A stretch of 64,000 nucleotides of DNA from Felis catus (lineage: Eukaryota): the NCBI RefSeq assembly GCF_018350175.1, contig NC_058380.1, positions 91,760,001 to 91,824,000 of the forward strand. Direction: 5' to 3'. A program made the position numbers and the translations under genes. Below are positions 46,137 to 62,345 of this stretch, one piece after another. The notes below the pieces were generated by a model. It made no database searches. It was not told where the DNA came from and worked only from the letters and a program-made list of their open reading frames with translations. Every line of letters starts with the position of its first letter. Within the stretch, counting starts at the first letter, position 1.

Positions 46137-46739
46137 TCTGCTCTGTTTTACAGCTGCGTATTGGTCCAGCAGGCTTTGTGCCAGCGCCCTGCTGCTGGGC
46201 AGACGGGGGTCTCCAATCTTTTGCAGTTGGAAACACACTTTGGGGAGTGGGCCCAGGGGTCTACCCGAAGGATACATCTCTCGGAGTCCCCGTGTCTCCA
46301 CATCACACATGGCTGGTCCCCTGAACTGGCGCCTGCCCCGGGCATTCCCTTACTCTTTGTTCTTTGCCATCTGATGGGCAGCAGATGGCCCTGTGTCAGC
46401 TTTTATGCATCTTCTGTAAGGACAAAGGCCAGGGGCATCCTGGGACATGTCAACGTGCCTTTTGTGCTTCCTCCCCAATACGGGGCTCAAACTCACAACC
46501 CTGAGATCAAGACCTGAGCCGAGATCAAGAGTCAGACGCTTAACCAACTGAGTCACCCAGGCGCCCCTGCCTGTTCGTATCTTTGGCATATTTTTCTGTT
46601 AGGTGTGTTTTTACCGGTTTGTAAGAACCCTTGAGTGTTCGGGATATTAGCCTCTCATCTGTGATAAAAATTAGTTGCAAATATATTTCCCAGTTTGTAA
46701 TTTTTCTTATAACATTGAGACGGGTTGTTTCTGTTTGTT

Positions 46740-46972
46740 TTATTTTTTTAATTTTAATTTTTTAAAGTTTATCTACTTATTTTGAGAGGGAGAGAAATTG
46801 TGAGTGGGGAGGGCCAGAGAGAGAGAGAGAGGGAGAGAGAGAGAATCCCAAGTAGGTTCCACGCTGTCAGCACAGAGCCTGACACGGGGCTCGATCCCAC
46901 AAACCATGAGATCGTGACCTGAGCTGAAATCTGGAGTGGACCCTTAACCGCCTGAGCCCCCCCGGCCGCCCC
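46740..46972 (-). mobile_element. CanSINE (a partial SINEC_b-like copy lies at 46480-46567)
   Basis: …gagatcgtgacctgagctgaaatctggagtggacccttaaccgcctgagcc. Confidence 0.8.
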
Positions 46973-49390
46973 AAGACCAACTGCCTGTCTGTTGTGTCCG
47001 TTCACTTTAGGGACTGAGTGGCCCCTTGTGATGCTGGGGCTCCTCACCCAAAATTGCAGAGGGCCCAGCGTCTGTCTGAGTCTCATTTTGTGCCCTTTGT
47101 GCCCCCACCACCCTGGGGAGGGAGCTGATCTGCACTTGGCTCTCTTGTGGCTCATTCCCGAGCCAGGCTGGATTCGCTGGAGAGCGAGGTTCCTGGGTAA
47201 CGGGGGCCGTCAGAGGAAGCCAGGCTCCCCTCTGCGACACGCTGGCGGCAGGCCGGGCCCCGGCGGCAGGACCCTTATGTCCTCTGGTCCCGACTCTGGA
47301 CCCTGAGCTGAGGACGGACGGTCTCTTTTCAGGGCTGGAGAGGTGTGACGTGGGCACGGTGTTGCTGCGGAGACAGAACTCTGGATGGGTGTTTGAGAAC
47401 CCCTGTAAGGTGACAGCCTCCGCGGTGTCCCTCGGGGTGCGGAGCAGCATGGGGATGGGCTCGCTCGCCCGGCCAGCACTGTGGGAAGGGGAGGGGATCG
47501 GTCACCCCCAGACTCCCTCTGTGGTATGCAGGGGGGTGGCCCTCTGCCCCCGTGGGGACAGGACCGGGGGAGTGTGACCCCGGATGAGCTGGAACAGGCC
47601 CTCGCCAGCTGGCCATCCCTCACCGGGGACCCGGGGACCACGGGGTTCTGGGGCTCTGAGCTTGCCGGGGGGCCTCTCGTGTCTCCCAGCCCTGGGCGTG
47701 TCAGACTGCCGGGTGCTGGGCACCGACTTCAGTGACTACGCCATCGTCTTCACCCAGCTGGAGTTCAAGGACGAGGCCTTCAGCACCGGGAGCTATACAG
47801 TAAGTGGAGGAGACCCCGGGCCCGCCCACAAACTCCCTGCCGGCCACAGCCACGCTGTGCGGGAAGCACATCGTCCCAGGGTCCGGGGCCAGAGAGAGGG
47901 GCCCGCCGCCTGGGCTGGCCCCTGTGCCCCCAGGGACCCGGTGCCTCGCCATGGCCCTCTCTGCCTGGGGCCTCATCCCTGCACTCCCCCTGCTGCAAGA
48001 GGGGCAGCTGGGGCGGGGGGCACAGGTGTGAAGGTCCCCTCCTGCCCCACAGGTCGCACGGAGCTGGCCAGCCAGGAGGCCGTGTGCCTCTTCACCAGGT
48101 GGAGCAGGGGCCTGGGCTTCCTGTCCCAGCAGCCGGCCACGCTGCAGCGGGACTGTGAGTGTCCCCCGGGGCCGCCCCCCACGCCCAAGGGTCCCCCGGG
48201 GCCGCCCCCATGCCCAAGAACCCGCTCACTTCCGCTGGTCTCGGGGAGCCTCCCGGCCTCAGTGAGTCAGGCAAGACTAGGGAGGGTGAGTTCTTCAAGG
48301 AGTCACCTGCTCCCTGCCCGAAGTCAGGCCGACAGGGGAGGCCCCGTCTCGGGTGAGGCTGTGGGCCCGACCTCACGACTCCCCTTGTCCCCCCAGTCAC
48401 CTGTGCGCACAAGGCCTTCCAGGTAAGCTGGCTTCCCAGCATCACCCCGTGTCCTACACCCCAGTGCTCTGCAGCCGTGAGGGGCCGGGGACCCGGGTGG
48501 AGGCAGACTCCCCTCGAACCTGGGGTCCTCCAGTGCTCTTCCTGGTTTTCAGTGAATGCTTCGCCTCCAGTGGGGACAGTGCCCACCGTGTCCGGGCGAG
48601 GCCAGCCAGGCGCTGGCAACCTGCTCAGCCACCCGGGTGCTGGGTGCTGGGTGCTGGGTGCTGGGTGCTGGGCAGGTGCTCCCAGGGACTCTTGCTGCGT
48701 TTCCAAATAAAGCAATTCCACAAACCGCTGTAGTTACCTCTCACTCGTGTGCTGGGCTGGGCTCGGTGTTGAGGGCGGACAGAGATGGACGGGGAGCTGC
48801 TCTCGTGGGGCTCGGGCCACACAGGGAGAGGATAGGGTGCGGTGGGCACACCCTGGCTGAACCACACGGCAGAGAGCCAGCTCGGGGGCGAGAGGGCCGG
48901 CCTGCACTTGTGTCCCTCGGCAGAGTCCCTCTGGGTGGGGGGACCCGCACACATGGGTCTTGGCTGGGGAGTAGGGGCTGGGCCGGAGGCAGCCGCTCCC
49001 CAGGGAGGGATCACACAGCCCCGGGCCGATGGGAGGGTTGTCTGCTTGAGTGAGAGCAGGCCTGCAGTTCGAGTTCGGACAGGGTGCTGGGCCGACGAGG
49101 TGGGCACTGGTGCCCACCGGGGTGCTGGGCTGGGGCACCTCGGAGTCCGGGGCAGGGCTCTGGGGCAAGGCCAGGGGCCCAGGATTGCAGAGGCCTGGCC
49201 TGTGGGTCCTCCTGTGGTCTGGTGGGGCCCTGCCGGAGGTCCTGGCAGAAGCTGGGGTGGGGGCTGCCCATCCCTCACGGCGAGGTGGGGTGCACGCCAG
49301 GAAGGCGGCAGGCGGGCACATACAGGAGAGCTGCACGCACACGCACACGCACCCCATGTGCCTGTGCACACACACCGGCTGCCCCCTCTG

Positions 49391-50275
49391 TCAGCACCTG
49401 CTCAGGACAGACCCCCCGTCAGCACCTGCTCAGGACAGACCCCCCGTCAGCACCTGCTCAGGGCAGACCCCCTGTCAGCACCTGCTCAGGACAGACCCCC
49501 CGGCAGCACCTGCTCAGGACAGACCCCCCGTCAGCACCTGTTCAGGGCAGACCCCCCCGTCAGCACCTGCTCAGGGCAGACCCCCCTTCAGCACCTGCTC
49601 AGGACAGACCCCCCGTCAGCACCTGCTCAGGACAGACCCCCGTCAGCACCTGCTCAGGGCAGACCCCCCTTCAGCACCTGCTCAGGACAGACCCCCCGTC
49701 AGCACCTGCTCAGGGCAGACCCCCCATCAGCACCTGCTCAGGACAGACCCCCCCCCCTCCGTCAGCACCTGCTCAGGACAGACCCCCCCCCGTCAGCACC
49801 TGCTCAGGACAGACCCCCCTTCAGCACCTGCTCAGGACAGACCCCCCGGCAGCACCTGCTCAGGACAGACCCCCCGTCAGCACCTGTTCAGGGCAGACCC
49901 CCCCGTCAGCACCTGCTCAGGGCAGACCCCCCTTCAGCACCTGCTCAGGACAGACCCCCCGTCAGCACCTGCTCAGGACAGACCCCCGTCAGCACCTGCT
50001 CAGGGCAGACCCCCCTTCAGCACCTGCTCAGGACAGACCCCCCGTCAGCACCTGCTCAGGGCAGACCCCCCATCAGCACCTGCTCAGGACAGACCCCCCC
50101 CCCTCCGTCAGCACCTGCTCAGGACAGACCCCCCCCCGTCAGCACCTGCTCAGGACAGACCCCCCTTCAGCACCTGCTCAGGACAGACCCCCCCGTCAGC
50201 ATCTGCTCAGGGCAGACCCCCCCTCAGCACCTGCTCAGGGCAGACCCCCCCGTCAGCACCTGCTCAGGGCGACCC
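49391..50275. repeat. About 28-bp minisatellite, 31 units, upstream of LCN10
   Basis: Unit TCAGCACCTGCTCAGG(A/G)CAGA(C)5-10(G/T). An internal 12-unit (346-bp) block is present twice. Confidence 0.95.
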
Positions 50276-50645
50276 TGCAGTCAGGTCCTCCTTCTCACAC
50301 GCAGATAACCTTGTGAAGTGACTCATAGTGACACTAGCTGGCTGTTGTCTCTCTTCCGGGGGTGGGGAGCTAGTGTGAGAGGCCCAGGGCTCCCACTGTG
50401 AGGAGGGACGGCTCCAGGGGACACGTGGTGACCTGAGGTCTGGGGGGAGTGACCTCGGGAACACGATGGTTTTGTCTGACGCCTCCCAGGCAGGCGGCAC
50501 CGACCAGGCTGAGCACCTGGGCCGGCCCTCTGTGCCCGGGGCAGGAGAAGGCCCGCAGCCCCCCGGCCTCCCCATCGGCCCACCCCAGGCCGGCTCAAGG
50601 CTCCGGGTTGGTTGGACGGCCACGGCAGGGTCGGTGGGTGGGGAG

Positions 50646-53849
<3,204 letters not shown>

Positions 53850-56800
53850 GGGCCACCACCTTTACTTTGGGGCTCCGCTCGTGGTCCTCCGAGACCCCAG
53901 GAGCGTTCTTCGCGATTCCGGGAGTTCTCATCCCGCGGCTTGCTGAGAGGTGTCTGGTGACCCCAGGCCGCTGATGGGGTGAAGTCCGAGGGCCGTGGCT
54001 CTAGCCCAAGAGGGATCCTTGATGATCCTCAGGAGCTGGGGATAGGAGGGCACGTGCTGGCCGGCAGGGAGAGTCCGGTCCTGGCCCGTCAGCTCGTGCC
54101 CTCCAGGTTCCACGGCCGAGAGGGGCTGTCACCTCCTGTCTGCTGGGAAATAGACCTCGGACCGGTCCAGTGTAATCCTCGCCGCGTGTCTTCTCTGCAG
54201 TGAGTCTGTGCACTGCTCCCTGGGCTCCCCGACACCCCACACTTCCCCAGAAAGCAGCTCACTCCTTCAGGAAACACGTAGAAGCACCCGTGACACGCCA
54301 GGCACGTGCTCGCTGCTGGCGAGAGGGCAGTGAGCAAAATAGGCAATAGCTTATTGGAATTTGGGGACTGTCAGCCTCTGAGAGAGAGGGCCTCGAGCGT
54401 CCTAGATGCCTTCTGTACAGCTGCACAAGGACTATGCACACCATAATTCTTCCAGAGTCTCCACAAAGACATTACCCTAATGAGGTGCCTGCAGGAAGAG
54501 CTCTTGACCACCTCACACTTTCTGTGCCAGTCTCCCGGCTCGGCTCGGCTGGGAGCCTCAGCCCCACGGTCACCCAGGAGGCCAGGGCTGCAGCCTCAGC
54601 TGAGGCTCGACTGGGGCAGGGTCCGCCTCCAAGACCGCGACCGGGCACGTGCTCTTGGCAGGATTCGGCTGGGACTGGGGGGTCTCAGGACGTCTGTGTC
54701 TCAGCCCGGGGCCTCTGCAGGTTCTTGGCCCTGGGCCTCCTGGGGCAGCTCATGTTATCTGCTCTTGCTTCGTCAGAGAGAGACACACACACAGACACAC
54801 AGACTGACACAGAGACAGAGAATGGACCCGGGAGAAAAGGAACCTGGAGACACCACAGGCTTTCATGAACCACCTTGGAAGCGACACCCATCGTTCTATT
54901 CTCTTCCTCAGAACCGGTCACACGGGCCTTCCACCGGGGAGGAGAGGGGATGTCACGAGGATACAAGAGGCTGTGTTAGTAAAAGAGGGCACATGTCGGA
55001 GACAGAGACCCTTGTTTGTGCTGTGACACCACAGCCTGACGCCAGCAGGGACACGGCTGGTCCTCCCGTGGCCCAAACAGAAACCGGGAGATGCAGAAGG
55101 CTGGATGGTCACACCACAGAGGGGAGAGCATCCCTCACGACCCAGGGCCAGAAGGTTCACAGGCCTCTGGGCCAAATAATGCGCCAAAGCCAGTGCGTTC
55201 CCCGGGATGGAGGCCAGACCTGTCCCAGTCCAAGGGGAGGCGGCCCCCACGGGAGCAGGCGTCAGAGATGCGGGTCGTCCCGGGGAGGGACTCGGGCAAG
55301 TGAGACCCAAGGGAGGCAGCGGTGGTCTCTTCAGACGGGCAGGTTTCTGGTCTAGGGACTGGCAGCCCAGGTGACAACGTGAGGAAGCAGAGGCCCCAGC
55401 CGATCCCCAGCAAGAAGTCCTTGTCCTGCAGGGGACCGGCTGGCCCAGTACTGGGAGAGCCCCCAGAGCCCGGAGTCGGCCCTTCCCCAGCCCCATGTGG
55501 GGCCCCAGGGAGGTTGGTCAGCTCTGCTCCCCTGAGATCAGTGCGAGAGGGCCCTCGGCGGGTGGTGAGAACCCCCAGGAGGAGGGACCCCGAGCCCCAG
55601 GACGCCAAGATGCACGCCTGCGGGTAGGACAATCCAAAGTCAAGGAGATGGGCTTCCTGACCCAGCTTGTCTTCCTAGTGACCCAGGCTGTGCTATTAGC
55701 CTCGGTGCCCCCATCTGTGACATGGGGACGTAACGGGCCTTCTAGATGGGTTGGCGCATTCCCTGAGACATGAGGTGGAATCGTGGCCTGGTGCCTGGAG
55801 GACATAAAGGGCCACCTGGAAGGCTGTCCCAGAGTCCCCCAGGGCACAGGATTCCGGAAGCCCCTCCTTGGCCCCTGCCTGCTGTCCCCCTTCTGGGAAC
55901 ACTCAGCGTTGTTTGCGGAGGAGGTGGAGACGATCCAGGAGGTCAGCAGGTCCCACGTGAAGGAAGGTCAGCGCTGGTGGGACAGAAGGACGTGTCCCGT
56001 GCCCCCTTCCAGGGCCCGAGCTGTGATGCCCTCTGACTGGACCTGGTGTGGACCCCACTTCTGTGGGGCTGGCGGGGGACGAATGGGGAAGGAAGGCTCT
56101 GGGTACACGGTGACCCTGGGGACCGAGATATTCTGCAGCAAAATTCTGTGCCATGGTTCACAGCGTCGTGAGCATACCCCGTGCTCAGGAATTGCACAAC
56201 GTAAAATAAATAAATTTTTATTGAAGATTAATGTGGATTTTAAACATACCATGAACAAATAATGTACCACCTAAAAGGTAGAGGAGCGAAAGGATAAGGG
56301 AGAAGAGGAAGAGTCATTCTGGTGGAGGCGTCGGGGACTGGGACTGGAGCAACAATTAGAAATACAATAAACACCCCTCGAAGGCCTTTGAGCCCTGGAT
56401 TTGTGGCCGGAATCCACAGGGGAACAAGGGCGATGGCAGGAACAGTGTTGGGAGCAGAAGCAGGAACCAGCTGACTCTGCTCAGGTGCCCGCTGTCCCCG
56501 CACAGGTACCAGGTCACCTGCTGGCTCTCCGGCCCCTGCAGGAGTCGCCCCAGACTCCACCCCTGAATGCAGAGACGCCGAGGACCCCGATGCCCTTGGT
56601 TCGGGCTCTGGAGCCGCACCGGCTTCTGCTCCTGCCCCGGAATCTTGAGAAGAAAACAGAGTGATGGTTGCAGTGGCTCCAAGGCCTCAGGGTGAGAGGA
56701 GGGACGGTCCCCCACACCACCCAGCGCCGGCCTCTCCAGGGGCCTTTGCAGACACACAACTCACCCCAGAGCCTCCCCGAGAAGCCGCGGCCAGGAACCC

Positions 56801-59800
56801 ACACCAGGACCTCTGCCCCCCTGCAGGCCGCAGCCCGGGGCTCTCAGTCTCTGCTCCTGGCCCCACACCAGCCCCCGGGGGCTCCTCCCAGGGTGGCCCA
56901 GCACCGCCCGGGCCCCGTGAACACACGTCTCCCACCCCAGCCTTCTCACCCTCGGGCTCTGCCTCCGGGGGCTCCGGGTCCTGATCCCAGGACCCGTGAA
57001 CCAGCACCCTCTGGAGGGGCCAGGGCGGTGAAGGAGGCCTTCCCAGGCCATCTCCAGGCTCTGCTTCACATGAACTCTGTGCGGCCACTCTCTCCCTGGG
57101 TCCAGGGTGGCCCTCCTGGGCGACGGGGCACACGCACAACTCTCTACGGCAGGTGTAATGGGATTCGGCCAGACGTTTCCCGATTTCATCGGTTGATTTC
57201 TGTAAAGACAGTGACCCGCGGACGGCCCGGAGACATCACAGCCCCACCCAGTCATCCTCAGTGTCCTTCCTCCCTCTCCACCTGCGGCTCCCAGATCGGA
57301 CACAGACCTGAATGTGCACAGCCCTGCGCCTGGGACACAGTGACATCCACCTACAGGGCTCCGGATGAACATCGGGGACAAGAGGGCCAACCCAGCAGAC
57401 CCTGTCCCTCCCATCCAGCCTTGACCGGGGTGTGGGCCTGACCTGACGACCAGGTATCTGACCCCTTGATCAGCCTGCAGCTGCTCAGGTGGGCCCTCCA
57501 CACACGACCCCTCCTTCCACACAGACACACACCGACACACACACGTACAACACACACACACACAGGGGAGGGGACCTGGGGCCACACAAGTCAGATCAGA
57601 GTGGTGTCAGGCTGGACCGGCTGTCTCTGGGTCTCCCTGTGTTACCTTTGGGTCCCTGCGAGCTAGAGACCTGAGGCGTCCTGTGCACGACCTGACCCAC
57701 TGTCTCCAGGGTCGGGAAGGGTCGCGGCCGCGAGCTCCCCCGAGCCGGCAGCCGCGGGACACGGGCACACAACAGCAGAACATGTTCGTCAGGCAAAGGT
57801 GTCCCAACGAATGAGCCCAGTCGGGCGCTGTCTCCAGAATGTGGGTGCCTGGTGACCCGGGTTCTGAGTTCAATTGGGCTCTGTGACCAGGGAGGTGAGG
57901 TCACTTCCTGGGGTCCCCTTACCCGGCTTCCTGCTCCTACAAGAGCCCCTCCCAGGCTGCAAAGGGCTCCCCTCCACCCCATACCCTGACCCTACAGTGA
58001 CACCAACACAGCCCAGACACGTCCCCTCGAGGCCTGGTGCAGCCGGTGCCACGGCTTTGGGGCCACAGAGCTGGGTTCAGACCTGGGTTTTCCCCCTGAC
58101 CAGTGCTGGGACACTGCATTGTGCCTCCTGGGGCCCCCGGTCACCCGTCTGCACAGTGGGGTCCTTCTGGCATCTACTTGTAGGGGTGCCATCAGGGAGC
58201 CACCTGTAGACACGTCCCGTGCCTGCTATCCCATGAGGCTCGTGGGCACACGTGATCGTGGAAGGACGAGGAAGGGGTGGGCCTGGCACGGAACACACTC
58301 ACGCGGGCCTGGGTCCGCTGCGGGTCCAGGCACGGCCACCCCTCCTGCCTGGGTCCCAGGCCCAGGGAAGGTGGAGGTGAACTCGTTCAGACCCTGTACC
58401 CACCGGACACGCACTCCAGGGGCCCCATTGCATTTAGGCTCGGGCCCCACTGCCTCCAGCCTTTCTCTTCTGTCCCCCGTGTTACCCACCCTCTCCCAGT
58501 GTGGACTCCTCTCTGATCCCCAATTGGACAGTCAGAGTGTGTGTGTGTGTGCGCGCGCCTTTCTGGAGATGCCCAGAGGTCACAGCCTCACACGGATGGG
58601 GTGGATAGGGAAGCCCGAGCCTCTCAGGGGCTCTCGTTCCCAGGGAGAACCCCATGGGAGGCTAGAGGCTGGCCTAGGACTGGAGATCAGCCCTGCTCCC
58701 TGGACTCTGCACACCTCATTTGTCCTGGGCCAGTCCTTGCCTTTCCTAACCTCAAGATCCCCACTGTCCCTGAGGGTCAGATGGCGACGTGCATCAGTGT
58801 GGCCACGGCCCAGGCTCGCCCCAGGGGTAGGTGGAGGGGAGGTGCCCTGGGTACACAAGTCTCCCTCCCCGGGGCCGGCTGGGTCGTGGGGTGGCCACGT
58901 GTGCCCAGGGACCTGCACCCAGCACCTGTGGATGATCCAGAGGTGACGCTGACGTGCATGAATCTGATCGCTCCCCGCCTGGCTGGTCCCCCATGTTCCC
59001 ACCTCCGCCAACTGCTCTGGGAACCGAACCTCTCCTCAGCCCCAAAAGCATCCAGGCAGGCCTCAGGGTGCGAGGCCAGGTGGGTTGGACATCTGGGGAC
59101 ACGACGGCCAGTGACTACACCCATCCCACCCAGCTGGCCTGGATCGCAGACTCCACCCCAGGGTCCAGGTGCTTGGACCCTGTGGCATGACTTGGCCAGG
59201 GCTCCTGGAGGCAGCAGTGGAGGCCGACTCAGGGCAGGGAGAAGTCGGTCCGCCCCCTGCCCTTCTCCTTTCCTCCTTCCGCCTTGTCTTCCTGGCAGGA
59301 CCTTGGACAGAGGTCCAGCCTTGTGCCTGGCTGCAGCCCTGTGAGCAGTCAGAGGGTGGCAAGCTGCCCGGGGAGGCCGGGGGCCACCTCCAGGATGACC
59401 AAGTGTCAGGGGCCACTGTAACTGGTCATCCCCCAGGCGCTCAGTGATTTCAGCCCTTTGTATACATGAGCCGTGACCCCGGGACCGGGTCCCAGCCCCC
59501 TCTTCATCCCACGAGGCCCGCATCCTTCCCAGCCCGGGCCCCGTGGGTGGCCGGCCCTCCCTCCAGCCCCAAGAGGTCCAGCTGCTCCACAGGCTGTACA
59601 TCTTTCCCGGCTGGAGCCTGAGCAGCCATCAGGGGCCTGGATCTGGGCCCTGGAGCCCCTCAGGGAGGACAGGTGGTGAGACCGGGCAGGAGCCAGGAGA
59701 GGGCCGAGTGGAGTCCCGTTGAGGTCATGGCCTCCTGCTCAGCCCAGACCCAGGTGTGTGCCGACCCCTAGGGCATCTGGGCCCCAGCTGCCGGGCAGGC

Positions 59801-62345
59801 TCGGGGACAGAGACCACAATGTGGCTCCTGGTAGCTCACAGGTGTCCCTGTGCCCTGTAGCTAGACCTGTCCTACCGGCTGGACTCCCTCCTGTTCGGCC
59901 AGCAATACCCATAGCCAAGAGGCACAGGCCACCGTCAAGGTCTGGGAAGAATGAGTGGCCAGGCACAAGGGGAAGGCTCGCCCTCGGCTCGGGTGGTCCT
60001 TGCCGGGCTGGCGGGGGCTCCGGAGGTGGTTTTCCAGCTCTCTGCTGACCAGCCCTGTGCCCAGAAACACCTGCCTCCCTTCTCTGGGCCTCACTCTCCT
60101 GCTCCGTGAAATGGGTGATGCAGAGCGATCACTCCCATGGCAGGAACAAGGCGGGTACCGGTGACGGATGGAGCACCCGTACAGGACCCGGATCGCAGAC
60201 CACAGAGGGGAAGGGGGGAGGGGACGCCAGTGAGGCCCCGCCCCCAAAGCCATCCAGCCTTTCCATCCGGCCACTAGGGCCTGGCATGGCCCCAGGTGCG
60301 GTGGCCGACCAGACTCCTGACACAGGTCCCTGTGGCCTCTTTCTCAGCAGTGGGGACCCGGGGGCGGGGACACCCACGGTGCAGGGGTGCTCGGGGCCAG
60401 CTCCTCCCTTGGGGGGAAAGAGAACAATGGAGACGTTCTCTGGGGTCCCCCCAGGCCAGGAGAAATGGGAGGAGCCCTCCCCCAGCCCAGACAGCTCTTC
60501 CCCGTGACTATTTCCCTGGCGGGGGTTGGGGGTCAGCGGGTGTAGACTGGCTGTAGACAGAGACTCTACACTTGATTGTTAGGTGGAAATTCTGCTTCTA
60601 CTAGAACCTGAGCTTTGTGGCTTGGATCTTTCACTTGCCAGGCTGAGGGGACACACGTGCTCTCAAGGACTCCTCGAACAGAGAGCTCTCGCAGGGTCCT
60701 GAGCCTACTGGCCGTGGGGAGGGGGTGGGGCCGGTCCCCTCCCTGGTCCTGATGGAGACCCGTCCTCCCAAAGACAGGGTCATTCCCGGGCGGGATCCTG
60801 GGCCAGGGCTGGAGACAGCCCCTCACTCCCTGGGGGCTCTGGAGGCTGAGGGGCTTTCAGAGACAGGGCAGCGCCCACCGAACATGGGGGTTTGGAGAGA
60901 ACACACGCCCGGGCCAGGTCCTGCCCCGGGACGGTGTCTGCCTTGGACAGCTTGGGGGAGAAGGTGACTCCCGCCCTTCCACCCGACAGCCCCTCCCGGT
61001 GCCGTGTTCCCCAGCCCACACCCACGAGGGCGCCGGGGCCCAGGAGCTGGAGCCCAGCCTGGGGTGCCCTGCAGGGTCCGGTCATCTGCCGGACGCGCCC
61101 GCCCCACCGCGCCGAGCGCCCGCCTCCGTCCCCGGTGGTTTCTGGCACCGTCAGCCTCAAGCAGCCCCTCGTCTTCAGCTGCCACCAAGGCCCTGCCTGC
61201 CACACGCACCCACAAACGCTCTGTGTCGGGGGTCTGCAGCCACAGGTCCGCGTTGCAGCTCTGCTTCCAGCCCGGAGACAACAAGGGGTCACCCGCGTCA
61301 CCCCCGATGTGGACAATGGCCACCTGCACCAGAGCAGCCTGGGGCGCCCCCCGGCGGGGAGGCCTGTCGGTGCCCTCCTCCCTCCGTACGGTCCTCTTTT
61401 GTAAGGGCTCCTCGTGACCGAGCCCGGTCGGTTCTTCCTGGCAGCATGCCCGACTCCGGGAGGAGGGACGCCTTAGCCCCACCCTGGACACAGAAGGAAA
61501 CTGAGGCAGGACTGCCCTAGAGCCAGAACCAGCTCCGCAACGACTCCTCAGAGCCAGGGTCAGAGGACGGGCCGGCCACAGCACGGGCTCCAGCAGGAGC
61601 TCCAACCTCGCCACCTGTGCCGGCACCGGTCCCGGCCCCGACGTCCGAGGACGGGGTCTCCGGTGCCAGCTCCAGAGCGAGACGAAGTTCCCGCGTCAGC
61701 TCTGACGCCAAAGCTGGAGGCAGAAGGCACCAGCATCAGTTCGAGCGCCAATGCCAGAAACAGAGGCAGGTGTATGGCCAGGCCCGGGAGCGCTCCAGCC
61801 GTCGTTCCAGCCCCGGGTCTGGAGCCAGGGCCGGGTCCGGAACCAGCTCGGGCCCAGTTCCAAGCTGGAGCCCGGCCAGTTCCAGGGCCAACTCCAGCCC
61901 CCAGAGCAGCTCTAGGTCCAACACAGAAGCTCCCAGAGGCCCGAGCGCCCCCATGCCCAGAGACTCCAGAGACAGAGACGCTCTGTCACCCGCCCCGGTG
62001 TCGGCTGGGCTCCCGGCTCCAGGGCCGTGACCCGCTCCGACACGTTCGCGGAGACAGCCGGCGCAAGGCCCAGACTAGAGCCGGCCCCGCATTCGCTCTC
62101 GCATCCCCTCCTGACGCGGAGCCGGCGCCCTCGACACGGCGAGACCCCCGGCAGCACCAGCTCCGGAGCCAGACCCGGCTCCCGCCTGCCTCGGCACCGC
62201 TTACGAGACACGGCCGGTGCCAGCTCCAGACCGGAGTCTTCCCGTCCTCACCCGGGAAGGCATTCTTTCTCTTTTCTTGGTTTGCTTCTTTTCACGAGTA
62301 CGTGTATTTATGTCTCAAATGTAATATAAAATCGACTCTCTCGCT

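Larger units (their letters stand above)
43455..48555 (+). pseudogene. LCN6: Epididymal lipocalin-6, apparently disabled by two frameshifts
   Basis: Exon 1 43455-43544 (MGSVLLTALLTSVSAPCAQAVCLGRLDPRQ). Exon 2 43778-43917 ([21 protein letters not shown]…). Exon 3 47333-47404 is 72 nt: an extra G gives TGA at 47346-47348. Exon 4 47690-47799 is 110 nt: ACC GG GAG CTA TAC, one base missing from T-V-E-L-Y. Exon 5 48053-48154, exon 6 48397-48422, stop TGA 48553-48555, AATAAA 48706-48711. Confidence 0.8.

Noticed and set aside
48842-50321. Three overlapping ORFs of 410-488 aa, and a CRISPR-like look of the 28-bp array
   Set aside because: The ORFs come from a stop-free minisatellite. The units are contiguous with no unique spacers and the context is mammalian, so this is not CRISPR.
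56205-56214. AATAAA as the LCN10 poly(A) signal
   Set aside because: It is 2.3 kb after the stop, in what looks like an old L1 tail; it cannot be assigned without transcript data.
59290-59360. LAGPWTEV resembling a lipocalin GxW exon
   Set aside because: There is no phase-0 acceptor before it, no 140-nt exon, and no companion TDY exon nearby.
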